Assembly (NCBI GenBank): GCA_965205425.1
Contig: CBDBGZ010000009.1
Coordinates: 64,001 to 128,000 of the forward strand
Reading direction: 5' to 3'
Source: Nitrosopumilus sp.
Lineage (GTDB): Archaea > Thermoproteota > Nitrososphaeria > Nitrososphaerales > Nitrosopumilaceae
DNA: 64,000 bases
Made by a program: the position numbers and the translations under genes. Below, piece after piece: positions 37,344 through 47,270 of this stretch; within the stretch, counting starts at the first letter, position 1; each line of letters opens with the position of its first letter. The notes beneath the pieces are model-generated. The model ran no database searches and was not told where the DNA came from. It saw only the letters and a list, made by a program, of their open reading frames with translations.

Positions 37344-40301
37344 TTATTTAACATTAAAGAAATCAGTAACTACAATATCATGGTATTCCAACTGAGTTAC
37401 ATACACACCAGAATCAAATGGACGAGATATTGTTTCAGTGAATAATCCAGATGAATTATCTTTTAGTGCAATCTCTGTAACCAAAGTACCCTGTTGATCA
37501 TAAACGTCTACAAACAAATCTTCTCTAAAAGCAAGAGTTTTTTGAACGGCACCAGACACAATCAATTTATCATCATCATAAATGGCTTCAACTACCGCAA
37601 CACGAGATCTTACAGGAAGGTATCGTTCAATGATGAGTTTTAATTCATTTAGATTATCATTCACTTTTTCATCATCCTTATCTTTGAATGCAAATTCAAT
37701 TTCATTTATCACAGATGCAAATCTAGGGTTAGTGTAAAAGCTCTCACCTCCAAACTTGTCTGCAAAGGATTCTAGTTCTTCAAATTCGCGTGCAAGTTCA
37801 GTCATACTCAAATCAGAAGAATCATACTCATAATCGAAATCTTCTTCAACATGTACAATTTGAGAAGCCTTGGAATCTTTGTATTGTAGCATTACAACAT
37901 AGAGACCAGGATCAGTTGGAGCAACCCATTGTGTGAAAAAGTTACCTTGTTTAGTATCAGTAAATTCAAGGCTGCTGTGTGTACTACCATCCATATTGTA
38001 CACAGTTACGTACAAATTTTCACGTCTATCAAAAACAGATTTTTCAGTTGCACCATTAATCACCCAAATATCTTTTTCAGTATCAAATGAAATGTCATAG
38101 ATGATACTCTCATCATGAAGAACCAAATAATCACTCAAATATTCACCGATTTCCATAATCTCAGATTCTGCATCTACAAAATTTCCAAGTTCAAGTAACT
38201 TTTCAACACCATTCATTTTATGATTATATTCATCAACATATTCGGAAAATCCTGCATTGTAAAACGTAGAGACCATATTTGAGAAAGTAGTTAATTTTTT
38301 ACGAAATTCAATACGTTTGATTTCATCAATAGTGTACCCAACATCTGAACCGTTAGGATCATCAGTATATGCTTGTGACACAATAGTCCATTCGTCAAAC
38401 AAATCACGAACTAATTCATCAGCTTGATCAAGATCATTTTTAATTACAAGGTCTCTAACAGCATCAATTTTTTCATTAAATGTTTCAGTAAATTCAATAT
38501 AATTTGGTAAGAATCTATTTTTGGTTAAACTTAATTCAACTAAATTTTCAAGAGATTTTGCACGTTGTAAAATATCACTTGCACGAATTTTGTATGCATC
38601 TTTATTGTAAGAATCTAAATCATCTTTTATTTTTGGAGATATATCACTAACCCATGTAAGTAATACTTCGATTCTATCAATTCTAGTAATTGAAGGGTTT
38701 CCAGATTCCATTTGTTTAGCTGTATCTAAAATTCTTAATGCGTTATCTATTAGGAATAAATTTTCATAGTCAGCTTGTAGTTCTGCCTTTTCTTTCATAG
38801 TTTTATATTGAAATTCTAAAACAACGATTGGATTTCTTTTCTCCCGGAGTTCAGTCATAGATTGATCAAATTCAGAAACAATTTCTAAAACATCATCAAT
38901 AGAATTAGCATTCTCTACACGTTCTAAAAGTAATTTCCAATCATTAACAAGGCCACTGTCAACACCGCTTGTTTGGGAAATTTCTACACTTTTACTAATT
39001 CTAGAGGAGATGTCAATGACTTGAACCATTTGATGAATTTTTGATTCAGATTCCAAAAGATCATCAACAGAAGATGCCAAAGCCAAATTGCCTTCCAACT
39101 TATTCCAATCAGGCATGATCAAATTAACCAGATCACTGTTTTCTTCAGAATCAGATGAAATGAATCTATCAACATTATCAAGTTCTCGTAAAAGAATTGC
39201 GGCGTGATGCAAGTCTGAAACACGGGTGTTTGAAGCAATTAATTCTTCAATAGATTCCTTAGCAGATAATGAAGGTTTTAGAGATTCCCAATCGTTTTGG
39301 ACTAATCTGTATAGATCACTTTGTTTTCTAGAAATTACATCAAGATATCTGGATTTTGAAAGAATATCAATTAATTCAGTTATCTCATCAGAGTAAACAG
39401 GAGCAGTTCCTCTTGCAAAAATAAACCCAACTTCATTCTTTACAGATTTACTCATCACGGTGTCAGATTTTTTCATTAAATTCAACAAGGTTTCTTCCAA
39501 CTCATCAAAAGTTGGAGCTCTTTGGGTTGCTGCTTTTTCAGGATTAACATTTCTAACATCAACAAATGCATCAGTTAACAAATCAATTGCTTTTGTCTTA
39601 TCACCTATTTCATAATAAAATACAGATGTAAAGATGGTCTTATCAATGGATTTTGCAATTTCAAATGAAATTTCATCCTCATCCAGTAATTGTTGTACAG
39701 AATCAAGTGCAGAAGAAACTGCAGGTCTTATCAAAGGATTAATTTCAATTATTAAGTCATCTACAAAAAATTCACTCCACAAATTTACATAACTAGATTC
39801 TAATTCTGATAAATTATTTGTTAATTCGCTTGAAATAGGGGAAGGGATATCAAATAGAGTTCCAACAACATCACCATGAGCAGATACTAGATTTTGTGCA
39901 GAAGAAATCAATTGATCATTGTTTGGAGTAGAAAATGAGCCAGAAGAAACAGTGAATGTTGTGGATTTAGAATAATCACCATAAAATAATTTTATTTCAT
40001 ATTCACCTGAAATACCACATATTCTTCCTTCTAGTGGAATCACGTCAGTGATAAAAGCGCCATTTGATAATGGCATCAATTGTTGAATTTGACACAAATC
40101 ACCTTGTGGGTTAAAAATTTGCATAATCAAAAAAGAATCATCCAAAATGTTTGCAATTTGGCCATAAACAAATAATGGCTCACCGCTATCATAATTACCA
40201 AAATTCTCTAGAAGGGTAATACGATCAGGAGTCTGAGCTGAGGCATAAACAGGCATCAAAAGTATTACAAATAGGCTCAAAACTACAGGAATTCGACTCA
40301 T
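37344..40301 (-). CDS. Large secreted protein with Ig-like and helical regions
   Basis: Signal peptide ending ASA; acidic composition; G.Y.V..Y Ig-like motifs. Confidence 0.75.
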   Translation of the reverse strand: MSRIPVVLSLFVILLMPVYASAQTPDRITLLENFGNYDSGEPLFVYGQIANILDDSFLIMQIFNPQGDLCQIQQLMPLSNGAFITDVIPLEGRICGISGEYEIKLFYGDYSKSTTFTVSSGSFSTPNNDQLISSAQNLVSAHGDVVGTLFDIPSPISSELTNNLSELESSYVNLWSEFFVDDLIIEINPLIRPAVSSALDSVQQLLDEDEISFEIAKSIDKTIFTSVFYYEIGDKTKAIDLLTDAFVDVRNVNPEKAATQRAPTFDELEETLLNLMKKSDTVMSKSVKNEVGFIFARGTAPVYSDEITELIDILSKSRYLDVISRKQSDLYRLVQNDWESLKPSLSAKESIEELIASNTRVSDLHHAAILLRELDNVDRFISSDSEENSDLVNLIMPDWNKLEGNLALASSVDDLLESESKIHQMVQVIDISSRISKSVEISQTSGVDSGLVNDWKLLLERVENANSIDDVLEIVSEFDQSMTELREKRNPIVVLEFQYKTMKEKAELQADYENLFLIDNALRILDTAKQMESGNPSITRIDRIEVLLTWVSDISPKIKDDLDSYNKDAYKIRASDILQRAKSLENLVELSLTKNRFLPNYIEFTETFNEKIDAVRDLVIKNDLDQADELVRDLFDEWTIVSQAYTDDPNGSDVGYTIDEIKRIEFRKKLTTFSNMVSTFYNAGFSEYVDEYNHKMNGVEKLLELGNFVDAESEIMEIGEYLSDYLVLHDESIIYDISFDTEKDIWVINGATEKSVFDRRENLYVTVYNMDGSTHSSLEFTDTKQGNFFTQWVAPTDPGLYVVMLQYKDSKASQIVHVEEDFDYEYDSSDLSMTELAREFEELESFADKFGGESFYTNPRFASVINEIEFAFKDKDDEKVNDNLNELKLIIERYLPVRSRVAVVEAIYDDDKLIVSGAVQKTLAFREDLFVDVYDQQGTLVTEIALKDNSSGLFTETISRPFDSGVYVTQLEYHDIVVTDFFNVK

Positions 40302-40444
40302 AAGGATCCAAATCGAGGCTCATACTACTTAAAACTTGAGCAGCTATGATATGGAAAATGTCTTCAATTTGAGTAGTTAAGCCATGACAACTACCCTAGA
40401 GTAGCTGTCAAGCTTAACTGATGACGTAGTGTTGATTTGGTTGA

Positions 40445-40693
40445 TTGAATAAGGTATGCAGATGGAATGAAATTGTTCGAGTACAAGTTGCGCAATCATT
40501 ACAAATCATACTAGTTGATTTGAAACATCCAGAACATTTAGTATTCTCAAATAATTTTCCACTACAATTTCGACACGATCCATCAGGCAAATCTCTTCAA
40601 AGAAAATTATTAAAAATTGGATATAAGATGCACGAAAAAGTTATTCATCTCAAAGCTCAGCAAGTGTGGATTATATTAGAAATAAGAAAATAG
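40445..40693 (+). CDS. Hypothetical protein
   Basis: 82-aa ORF ending just before the methyltransferase start. Confidence 0.4.
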   Translation: MNKVCRWNEIVRVQVAQSLQIILVDLKHPEHLVFSNNFPLQFRHDPSGKSLQRKLLKIGYKMHEKVIHLKAQQVWIILEIRK

Positions 40694-40698
40694 ACAAT

Positions 40699-41328
40699 AT
40701 GGACAGAGTAAGAAAAACTTTTGATAAATGGGCTCAAAATGGGAGAGCAGAATTAATGGAGATTGAACATGGAGAAAATGTTGTAAAATTTTTAAAGACA
40801 ATATCATTTGACAAACCATTTACATTTCTGGATGTAGGATGCGGAAATGGATGGGTAGTAAGAAAAATTGCAAGTGAGAAAAATTGTAAAAAATCCATAG
40901 GAATTGACAAAAGCAGCAAAATGATCATTCAATCTAAAAAAAAGATAGAAAGTAAGAAAGAGACATTTTATCACACAGATATTGAATCAATGAAATACAA
41001 GGGAAAATTTGATTTTATTTTTTCGATGGAGTCTATATATTATGCAGACTCTATTGAAATTGCACTTGGAAAGATATTCAAATTATTAAAACCAGGTGGA
41101 CAATTTTTTTGTGGAACTGATTTTTACACAGATAACAAAGCAACAGCAAGGTGGGCGGGAATTATGGAAATTCAAATGCATTTACACTCAAAAAAAGAAT
41201 GGAAAGAATTTTTCAAAAATACAGGATTCATAGTGAAAACAAAACACATCAAAGATTTGAAAAATAAGAAAAAATGGAAAAGAGAATACGGAACACTGTT
41301 CATCACAGGCACAAAACCTAGAAAGTAA
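40699..41328 (+). CDS. Class I SAM-dependent methyltransferase
   Basis: LDVGCGNG, GID, FDFIFS and LKPGG motifs. Confidence 0.9.
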   Translation: MDRVRKTFDKWAQNGRAELMEIEHGENVVKFLKTISFDKPFTFLDVGCGNGWVVRKIASEKNCKKSIGIDKSSKMIIQSKKKIESKKETFYHTDIESMKYKGKFDFIFSMESIYYADSIEIALGKIFKLLKPGGQFFCGTDFYTDNKATARWAGIMEIQMHLHSKKEWKEFFKNTGFIVKTKHIKDLKNKKKWKREYGTLFITGTKPRK

Positions 41329-41360
41329 TACTCAAATCAGATAAGCAATTACAATCATCA

Positions 41361-41641
41361 TGTGAGCTGGAGCACGACACGCTGCTACGGCAGAGGAAAC
41401 TCCTCCCTCCAAACAGGAAATGTGATCTGGAGATAGATAATCAGAGATGGTTGGCAACGGAGCAGAAAATAATCCAATATGGCGCACTATGATGGCAAAA
41501 CCTGAGGTTTCCATAAACGGAATGAAAAAGACGACCCACATGGAGCAAAGCCAAACAGAACTTAAAGTTCCTGTACTAGGTTCAGGTAGGCTGCAAAGCG
41601 AAATATCGTGAAAACAGAAGGAGGGTTACTCCCAGCACACA
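41361..41641 (+). ncRNA. rnpB: RNase P RNA
   Basis: CR-I GAGGAAACTCC, GAGCAA and CR-V AACAGAAGGAGGGTTA; complementary P1 ends TGTGAGCTGG / CCAGCACACA. Confidence 0.93.
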
Positions 41642-41700
41642 TATTTTTAAAATCAAGCATTGGTTAATATATGAACTTCATAAAAAGTATGAATATAGGT

Positions 41701-41814
41701 ATGGTAAAAAGAATTCAATGCCCACATTGTAAAAAAAATCTAGCAGGAGAAGGGCATCTAAAAAGACACCTTAGAACAATACACAAATTAAAAAATAATA
41801 AAACTAACAAATAG
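41701..41814 (+). CDS. C2H2 zinc-finger micro-protein (37 aa)
   Basis: MVKRIQCPHCKKNLAGEGHLKRHLRTIHK... Confidence 0.7.
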   Translation: MVKRIQCPHCKKNLAGEGHLKRHLRTIHKLKNNKTNK

Positions 41815-41821
41815 ATTTTAG

Positions 41822-41965
41822 TTATTTTAATCCTTTTTCTAAAACTTCATTGACTATTCTTGAAAAGCTAACAGTGGAAGAAGATTCTTTGATTTTTTTT
41901 GCCTGTAATGCTCTAAGTTTTTTTGCAATATCACTATTCAACATTATAGTTAATCTTTCGGACAT
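41822..41965 (-). CDS. Ribbon-helix-helix-like micro-protein (47 aa)
   Basis: MSERLTIMLNSDIAKKLR...SFSRIVNEVLEKGLK*. Confidence 0.7.
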   Translation of the reverse strand: MSERLTIMLNSDIAKKLRALQAKKIKESSSTVSFSRIVNEVLEKGLK

Positions 41966-42086
41966 TACAATTTATGATGCAACCTACTATTTTGAATAAC
42001 AATAAATCATTTTTTTAACAAAATATCAAACATGCGATAATATTCCCATTTGTGGAAATATTAAGAATTGAAAATTAAAACAACTA

Positions 42087-43451
42087 CTAACTCATTGAGT
42101 TAACTTGTTCTTTACAAATATCTGCGCCACATTGACATGAGCCATCACAAAGACATGCACCTTGCATTGCACAATCACATTCAGAGCCCATTTCAGCAGA
42201 TGCTGCACATCCACATGCTGCTTCTTCCTGAATAGAAGGAGTTGCTTGTGGAGGCGGACTTTGTTGTGAAGCGTCATCATAATGGCTTCGTGTTTGTTGA
42301 TAATCAGCATCATCCTTTAGTTGAGCCTCACCTCTATTGGTCTTATAGCCTCCAGAAGAATCACTGGTCTCATAACCTTGTAATCTATTAGGATCAATTC
42401 CTTGTTGTCCTTGTTGTTCATTTTTGAGTGATCTGCTACTAATAAAGAAAAATGCTATACCTGCAACAGCTGCTATTCCAGCCATTCCGTAAACTATCAT
42501 TACTGGGAAATCACCAGTAGATGTGGTCATATAATCCTCAGGTGGAGTTGGAGTTACACCTGCAATTTCAATTCCATCTAAATTATCTAAAGCACCAAAA
42601 CCAATTGTTGATAAGTTTGCAGTATCAGTAGATTGAACACTTCTGACAATGTAAGTTTGATCAGAAGTTACTGAAGCCTCAAAGATTCTCTCAACTTGTC
42701 TTCCTTCTCTAATACTACTTTCACCCATAGTCCAAGAAGAGACTACAAATCCTGCAATTTCATCATCTAATCCAAAAGTTCCAGCATCTACATTGATTCC
42801 AGTTGGATCAAACAAAAAGTGCCAGTTAGTTAATGGTTGTTCTAAAATAAAATCAGCATTAATGAGATGTTTACCTAATACTTCTTCAGCTTCAGTGTCA
42901 ACAAAGTAAGTGTACACTTCAGGTTCTTGATCTCGCAATATGTTAATTGGAATATTAATTTCAATACCATCAATTACAATTTCTTTATCAGTAGACATTG
43001 CTCTCCATCCCATATCAACTAAGGTTCTCTGACCATCATCAGTGATTACATAATCAGTTAAAGTACCTTCTAGGATTATACGATAATCAATCGAAGTATT
43101 GATGTTTCTTGCTTTAAGATGAATTTCATAATCTACAGATAAATCGTCAATTTGAGCTTGACTGCCATCATTTGCAATACCACGATTTAGTTCATCTTTT
43201 AGTTGTTGAACTCCTGAATTGGATGTATCTGCAGTTCCAGAAACAGTCCATTCTTTACCTTGTAATTCATCAAAGAGATTTCCGCCATTTGGATATTCAA
43301 TAAAGACGGTTTTTAGATATGTCATCTTAAATGGAGATGTTTCAGTATTAGGGTTAATTCTAGCATCTAATTGAGCAGCCCAAACTGGAGTACTTGTACC
43401 TATAACGATAAGAGTTGCTAGCAAAACGGATAGAATTACTGCCCTAGACAC
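42087..43451 (-). CDS. Membrane-anchored surface protein with Cys-rich cytoplasmic tail
   Basis: Signal peptide; TM near aa 316-338; CxC-rich C-terminus. Confidence 0.8.
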   Translation of the reverse strand: MSRAVILSVLLATLIVIGTSTPVWAAQLDARINPNTETSPFKMTYLKTVFIEYPNGGNLFDELQGKEWTVSGTADTSNSGVQQLKDELNRGIANDGSQAQIDDLSVDYEIHLKARNINTSIDYRIILEGTLTDYVITDDGQRTLVDMGWRAMSTDKEIVIDGIEINIPINILRDQEPEVYTYFVDTEAEEVLGKHLINADFILEQPLTNWHFLFDPTGINVDAGTFGLDDEIAGFVVSSWTMGESSIREGRQVERIFEASVTSDQTYIVRSVQSTDTANLSTIGFGALDNLDGIEIAGVTPTPPEDYMTTSTGDFPVMIVYGMAGIAAVAGIAFFFISSRSLKNEQQGQQGIDPNRLQGYETSDSSGGYKTNRGEAQLKDDADYQQTRSHYDDASQQSPPPQATPSIQEEAACGCAASAEMGSECDCAMQGACLCDGSCQCGADICKEQVNSMS

Positions 43452-43567
43452 GAGTAAAATCCATGAAATTACGGTAATAAACTTATCCTAATTATCTAGA
43501 TCAGCATTTTTTGAAAAAGTAATATTGAGTGAGAAAGTTAGGATTTTTGGTTTTAGAGGGATATGAT

Positions 43568-44488
43568 ATGATTACAGTATTAGCAGGAGGAACAGGTTCG
43601 GTTAAACTCGTTAGAGGATTAGTAGCCCAAGAATCCAAAGTTAATGTAATTAGTAATGTGGGAGATAATTATTGGTTATACGGACTTTACGTATGTCCAG
43701 ATATTGATACTATTGTGTACGGATTAGCAGATTTGCTTGATCAAGAAAGAGGTTGGGGAATGAAAAAAGACACATTCAACTTTTTACGCCAAATGGAGGT
43801 TTTTGGAGAAGAGACATGGTTTAGAGTTGGGGATAGAGATGCTGCAACTCATTTGATTAGAACAAACATGTTGAAAAACGGAAAGAACCTCAGCGATATT
43901 ACAAAATGGATGTGTGAAAAATTTGCAGTTAGTGCAAATATCATCCCAGTTACAGACAACAGTATTGAAACAAGAATTACTACAGACAAAGGAGAATTAC
44001 ATTTGCAAGAATATTGGGTAAAACATAGAGGAAAAGACCCCGTAGAAGGTATTCAATATATTGGAGCAGACAAAGCTCGTCCAAATCCTGAAGCAGTAAA
44101 TGCAATTCATGATGCAGACATGGTAATTTTAGCACCAGGAAATCCATTGACATCAATTGGGCCAATGCTTCAGATTAAAGGAATTAGAAAAGAGTTATCA
44201 AAAATAAAAAAGAAAGTAGTTGCAATTAGTCCATTAATCGGAGAGAATGCAATTAGCGGACCTGCTGCAAAATATATGCAGGCTGCAGGCATAGAATCAA
44301 ACGCATATGGTTTAGCAAAAATGTATTCAGATGTTTGTTCAAATATTATTGTAGATACCAAAGACAGAATGTTAGTAAAGAAAATTCAGAGTTTAGACAT
44401 GAAAGTATTTGAAACAAAAATCACAATGAAAAATAAATTAGCCGAAGACGCATTAGCAAATTTCATTTTAAAACAAGTACACGTATAA
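43568..44488 (+). CDS. cofD: 2-phospho-L-lactate transferase (F420 biosynthesis)
   Basis: LAGGTG, NVGD, PDIDT, GDRD, HLQEYWV, NPLTSIGP and SGPA motifs. Confidence 0.95.
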   Translation: MITVLAGGTGSVKLVRGLVAQESKVNVISNVGDNYWLYGLYVCPDIDTIVYGLADLLDQERGWGMKKDTFNFLRQMEVFGEETWFRVGDRDAATHLIRTNMLKNGKNLSDITKWMCEKFAVSANIIPVTDNSIETRITTDKGELHLQEYWVKHRGKDPVEGIQYIGADKARPNPEAVNAIHDADMVILAPGNPLTSIGPMLQIKGIRKELSKIKKKVVAISPLIGENAISGPAAKYMQAAGIESNAYGLAKMYSDVCSNIIVDTKDRMLVKKIQSLDMKVFETKITMKNKLAEDALANFILKQVHV

Positions 44489-44489
44489 T

Positions 44490-45128
44490 TTGAAAATAGC
44501 AGCAATAATTCCTGTAAAGACTTTCTCTAAAGCAAAAACACGTTTAGATTTATCTCCACATCAAGTTGAAGATTTGTGTATTGTCATGTTAGAAGAAATT
44601 TTACACACTTTATCAATTTCTTCTCAAATTGAAAAAATCATCATGGTTACTAGAGAAGAAAAAGCAATTGAAATAGGGAAAAAATTCAATACAATCACCA
44701 TCATTGATGAAAAAGAAGAAAGTGTCAACAGTGCAGTTGCATTAGCAGATAATTACTTGTTAGAAAATAACTATGATGCATCAATTGTATTTCCTCAAGA
44801 CATACCATTTATCAAAACTCAAGATATTGATTTTATGTTAAACTACAAAATGCATCCAAATTTTGCAATTATTGTTCCATCAAGGAGATTTGATGGTACT
44901 AATGCTTTGGCTAGAATGCCAATAGATTTGATGAAGACCCATTATGATGAAGACAGTTATAAAATTCACATGAATACTGCAAAAGAACACACACTAAATA
45001 TTGCCATGGTTTTTGTTAAAAGAATAATGTGGGATGTAGATAATGCAGAAGACTTGAAATTTTTATTAGAACAAAATGAAAAACCAAATATCGCAGAAAA
45101 AATTAAAAAAATCTTAGAATCAAATTAG
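44490..45128 (+). CDS. cofC: 2-phospho-L-lactate guanylyltransferase
   Basis: IPVKTFSKAKTRL, GTNAL and DVDNAEDL motifs; follows cofD. Confidence 0.93.
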   Translation: MKIAAIIPVKTFSKAKTRLDLSPHQVEDLCIVMLEEILHTLSISSQIEKIIMVTREEKAIEIGKKFNTITIIDEKEESVNSAVALADNYLLENNYDASIVFPQDIPFIKTQDIDFMLNYKMHPNFAIIVPSRRFDGTNALARMPIDLMKTHYDEDSYKIHMNTAKEHTLNIAMVFVKRIMWDVDNAEDLKFLLEQNEKPNIAEKIKKILESN

Positions 45129-45205
45129 CGAGAAATCGGCAAAAGATAAAAAAATTACTAATTTAGGTACGAAATCACTGTTGTATCTCAAAATCAGTTC
45201 GTCCC

Positions 45206-46193
45206 TTATTTGACATCGTATTCTTCTCCTGTCTGCTCATCAATAACTCTTGTTCCCTTCTCTGGCATCTTTCTTGCATATGCCTTTGCAGGGGTCTCAA
45301 GATTATCCCAGTCAAGTGACATGTGTGGCTTTATGTGATTGTACCAGTGGACCAGCTCATCAATGGTACCAAACCATTTCTGCTTTCTCTGAATCTCGCC
45401 GTGAAATCTTTCGAGCTAGCCATTGGTTTGAGGATGGTTCACTCTTGCCATGATATGCTTTATCTCTAATTTTACCAGTTCCTGCTCAAACTGGGATGCT
45501 CCTTTTCTCTTGTATTCTGATTGGTTTGCATAAAACTGGGAGCCATGATCAGTTAGAATTGATGCAGGCCTACCGTGCTTTGCAATTGCCTCATGTAATA
45601 CCACAAGTGCGTTATCTGTTGTTGCCTCTGCAAACACTCCATGAGAAACGATAAACCTTGATGCGTCATCCTGGTAGCATAAGAACCATCTGCCATCATC
45701 TAGCTTCTTCCAGTCAGTATGCCACATGGAGTTTGAATATGTCCTTTCATATCGAACCCACTTTCGTCTTCTCCTCTTCTTTGGCTGAGCTTCTGCCAAC
45801 CCTTCATCTCTCATAATTTTGTGTATGGTATTGTGAGGTATGTGTGTTCCAGTAGTATCAATTATTTTCTCCAAGAATACTGCAGAACACCTGAACTTTT
45901 CAAATGCTGACTGGACAGTCTGTACCATCTGCTCTGTGATTATTCAAGGCCCGACCAAAATCACTGGAGTGGGGGGGAGACTGGACAGTCTGTACCATCT
46001 GCTCTGTGATTATTCCCTTTGGCCTTCCAGGCTTGCCTAGGATTGGAACTGCACCAGTACGGCGATACCGTGAGTAGAGTTTCTGCACCCACCCAACAGA
46101 TATCTTCATGGATGAGGCTACGTCTGCGTTCTTGGCACCATCCTCTTTTGACTTGATTATCTAGGATATCTGGATTGGATCTAATTTTTGCAT
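45206..46193 (-). pseudogene. IS481-family transposase with two in-frame TAG stops and a 70-bp insertion
   Basis: WHTDW, DDASR, TDHGSQF and PQTNG*LERF; stops at 46161 and 45416; insertion within 45909-46015. Confidence 0.9.
45909..46015. repeat. 37-bp perfect direct repeat around a 33-bp GC-rich insert
   Basis: GACTGGACAGTCTGTACCATCTGCTCTGTGATTATTC at 45909-45945 and 45979-46015. Confidence 0.95.
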
Positions 46194-46295
46194 AATCTTG
46201 TGATTCTTTCCTCTTTTCCAAACGTATCTTGACTTTAGTCTGGAAATAATGGGGTGAACTAATTTGAGGATAATAGAGATAGGTACGAAATCACA

Positions 46296-46310
46296 GATAT
46301 ACTTATATAC
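46296..46310 (+). promoter_or_regulatory. Probable BRE/TATA box of tfb
   Basis: GATATACTTATATAC about 55 nt upstream of the ATG. Confidence 0.45.
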
Positions 46311-46361
46311 AATGAATTAGAAAATGTTAAATATTATCATAAAAGGTTTTGAGAGAGAAAA

Positions 46362-47270
46362 ATGGTCAAATCAACTAATCCAAAAGACAAGTGTCCTAGA
46401 TGTGGAAAAGGTACCCTAGTAACAGATGCCAATACCGGTGAAAATTTTTGTGGTAAATGTGGATTTGTAATTACAGATAAAGTCGAAGAATCAGGTCCAG
46501 AATGGAGGTCATTTTCAAATGAAGGGGAGAACAAAAGTAGAGCAGGCGTTCCAACATCACTTGCTATGCACGACATGGGATTAGCCACAGTAATCAATCC
46601 ACAAAATAGAGATGCGACAGGAAAGCCACTAACTGCTGCAATGAAAAGTACTATTGAAAGATTAAGAACCTGGGATAGTAGAAGTCAAGTTCATGAACCA
46701 GTTGATAGAAACTTTAGACAGGCATTTAGTGAATTAGACAGACTAAAAGACAAACTTGCAGTTGGTGATTCAGTAATTGAAAAGGCAGCTTATATTTACA
46801 GAAAGGCATTGGAAAAAGGTCTAGTTAGAGGTCGTTCTATTTCAGCATTAATTGCATCAGCACTTTATGCAGCATGTCGAGATACTGAAACTCCTAGAAC
46901 ACTAAAAGATATTGGTCAAGCAAGTAATATCAAACGAAAAGATATTGCAAGATGCTACAGATTATTGTTAAGAGAATTAAATTTAAAAATGCCAGTTGTT
47001 GATCCTGTAAAATGCATATCTAGAATAGCAAGCAAGGCAGGATTATCTGAAAAAACAAAAAGAAAAGCTACCAAAATATTACAAACTGCAGAAGAACAAA
47101 AAATTTCAGCAGGTAAAGATCCTATGGGGTTAGCTGCTGCTGCACTTTACGTAGCTTGCGTTACAAATGGAGAAAATAAAACACAAAGAGATGTGGCTGA
47201 AGCTGCAGGAGTAACAGAAGTAACAATTCGAAACAGGTACAAAGGTTTGAAAGTAGCCTTAAACCTCTAA
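46362..47270 (+). CDS. tfb: Transcription initiation factor IIB
   Basis: Zn ribbon CPRC/CGKC, GPEWRSF, two cyclin repeats, GVTEVTIRNRY. Confidence 0.97.
   Translation: MVKSTNPKDKCPRCGKGTLVTDANTGENFCGKCGFVITDKVEESGPEWRSFSNEGENKSRAGVPTSLAMHDMGLATVINPQNRDATGKPLTAAMKSTIERLRTWDSRSQVHEPVDRNFRQAFSELDRLKDKLAVGDSVIEKAAYIYRKALEKGLVRGRSISALIASALYAACRDTETPRTLKDIGQASNIKRKDIARCYRLLLRELNLKMPVVDPVKCISRIASKAGLSEKTKRKATKILQTAEEQKISAGKDPMGLAAAALYVACVTNGENKTQRDVAEAAGVTEVTIRNRYKGLKVALNL

Larger units (their letters stand above)
45179..46277 (-). mobile_element. IS481-family element (inactive) with 15-bp target duplication
   Basis: Ends TGTTGTATCTCAAAATCAGTTCGTCCC and (reverse complement) TCTATTATCCTCAAATTAGTTCACCCC; DR TAGGTACGAAATCAC at 45164-45178 and 46280-46294. 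Confidence 0.9.

Noticed and set aside
40345..40430. Fluoride (crcB) riboswitch suggested by a hairpin followed by CTGATGAC
   Set aside because: The 5' GAUG-containing P1 and the terminal CUAC consensus are not properly present, and no fluoride exporter follows
41332..41541. 69-aa minus-strand ORF
   Set aside because: Antisense to the RNase P RNA gene
45909..46015. Annotation as a bona fide CRISPR array
   Set aside because: Only two repeats, the repeat is transposase coding sequence, and there is no leader or cas gene; kept as a finding on possible ectopic integration
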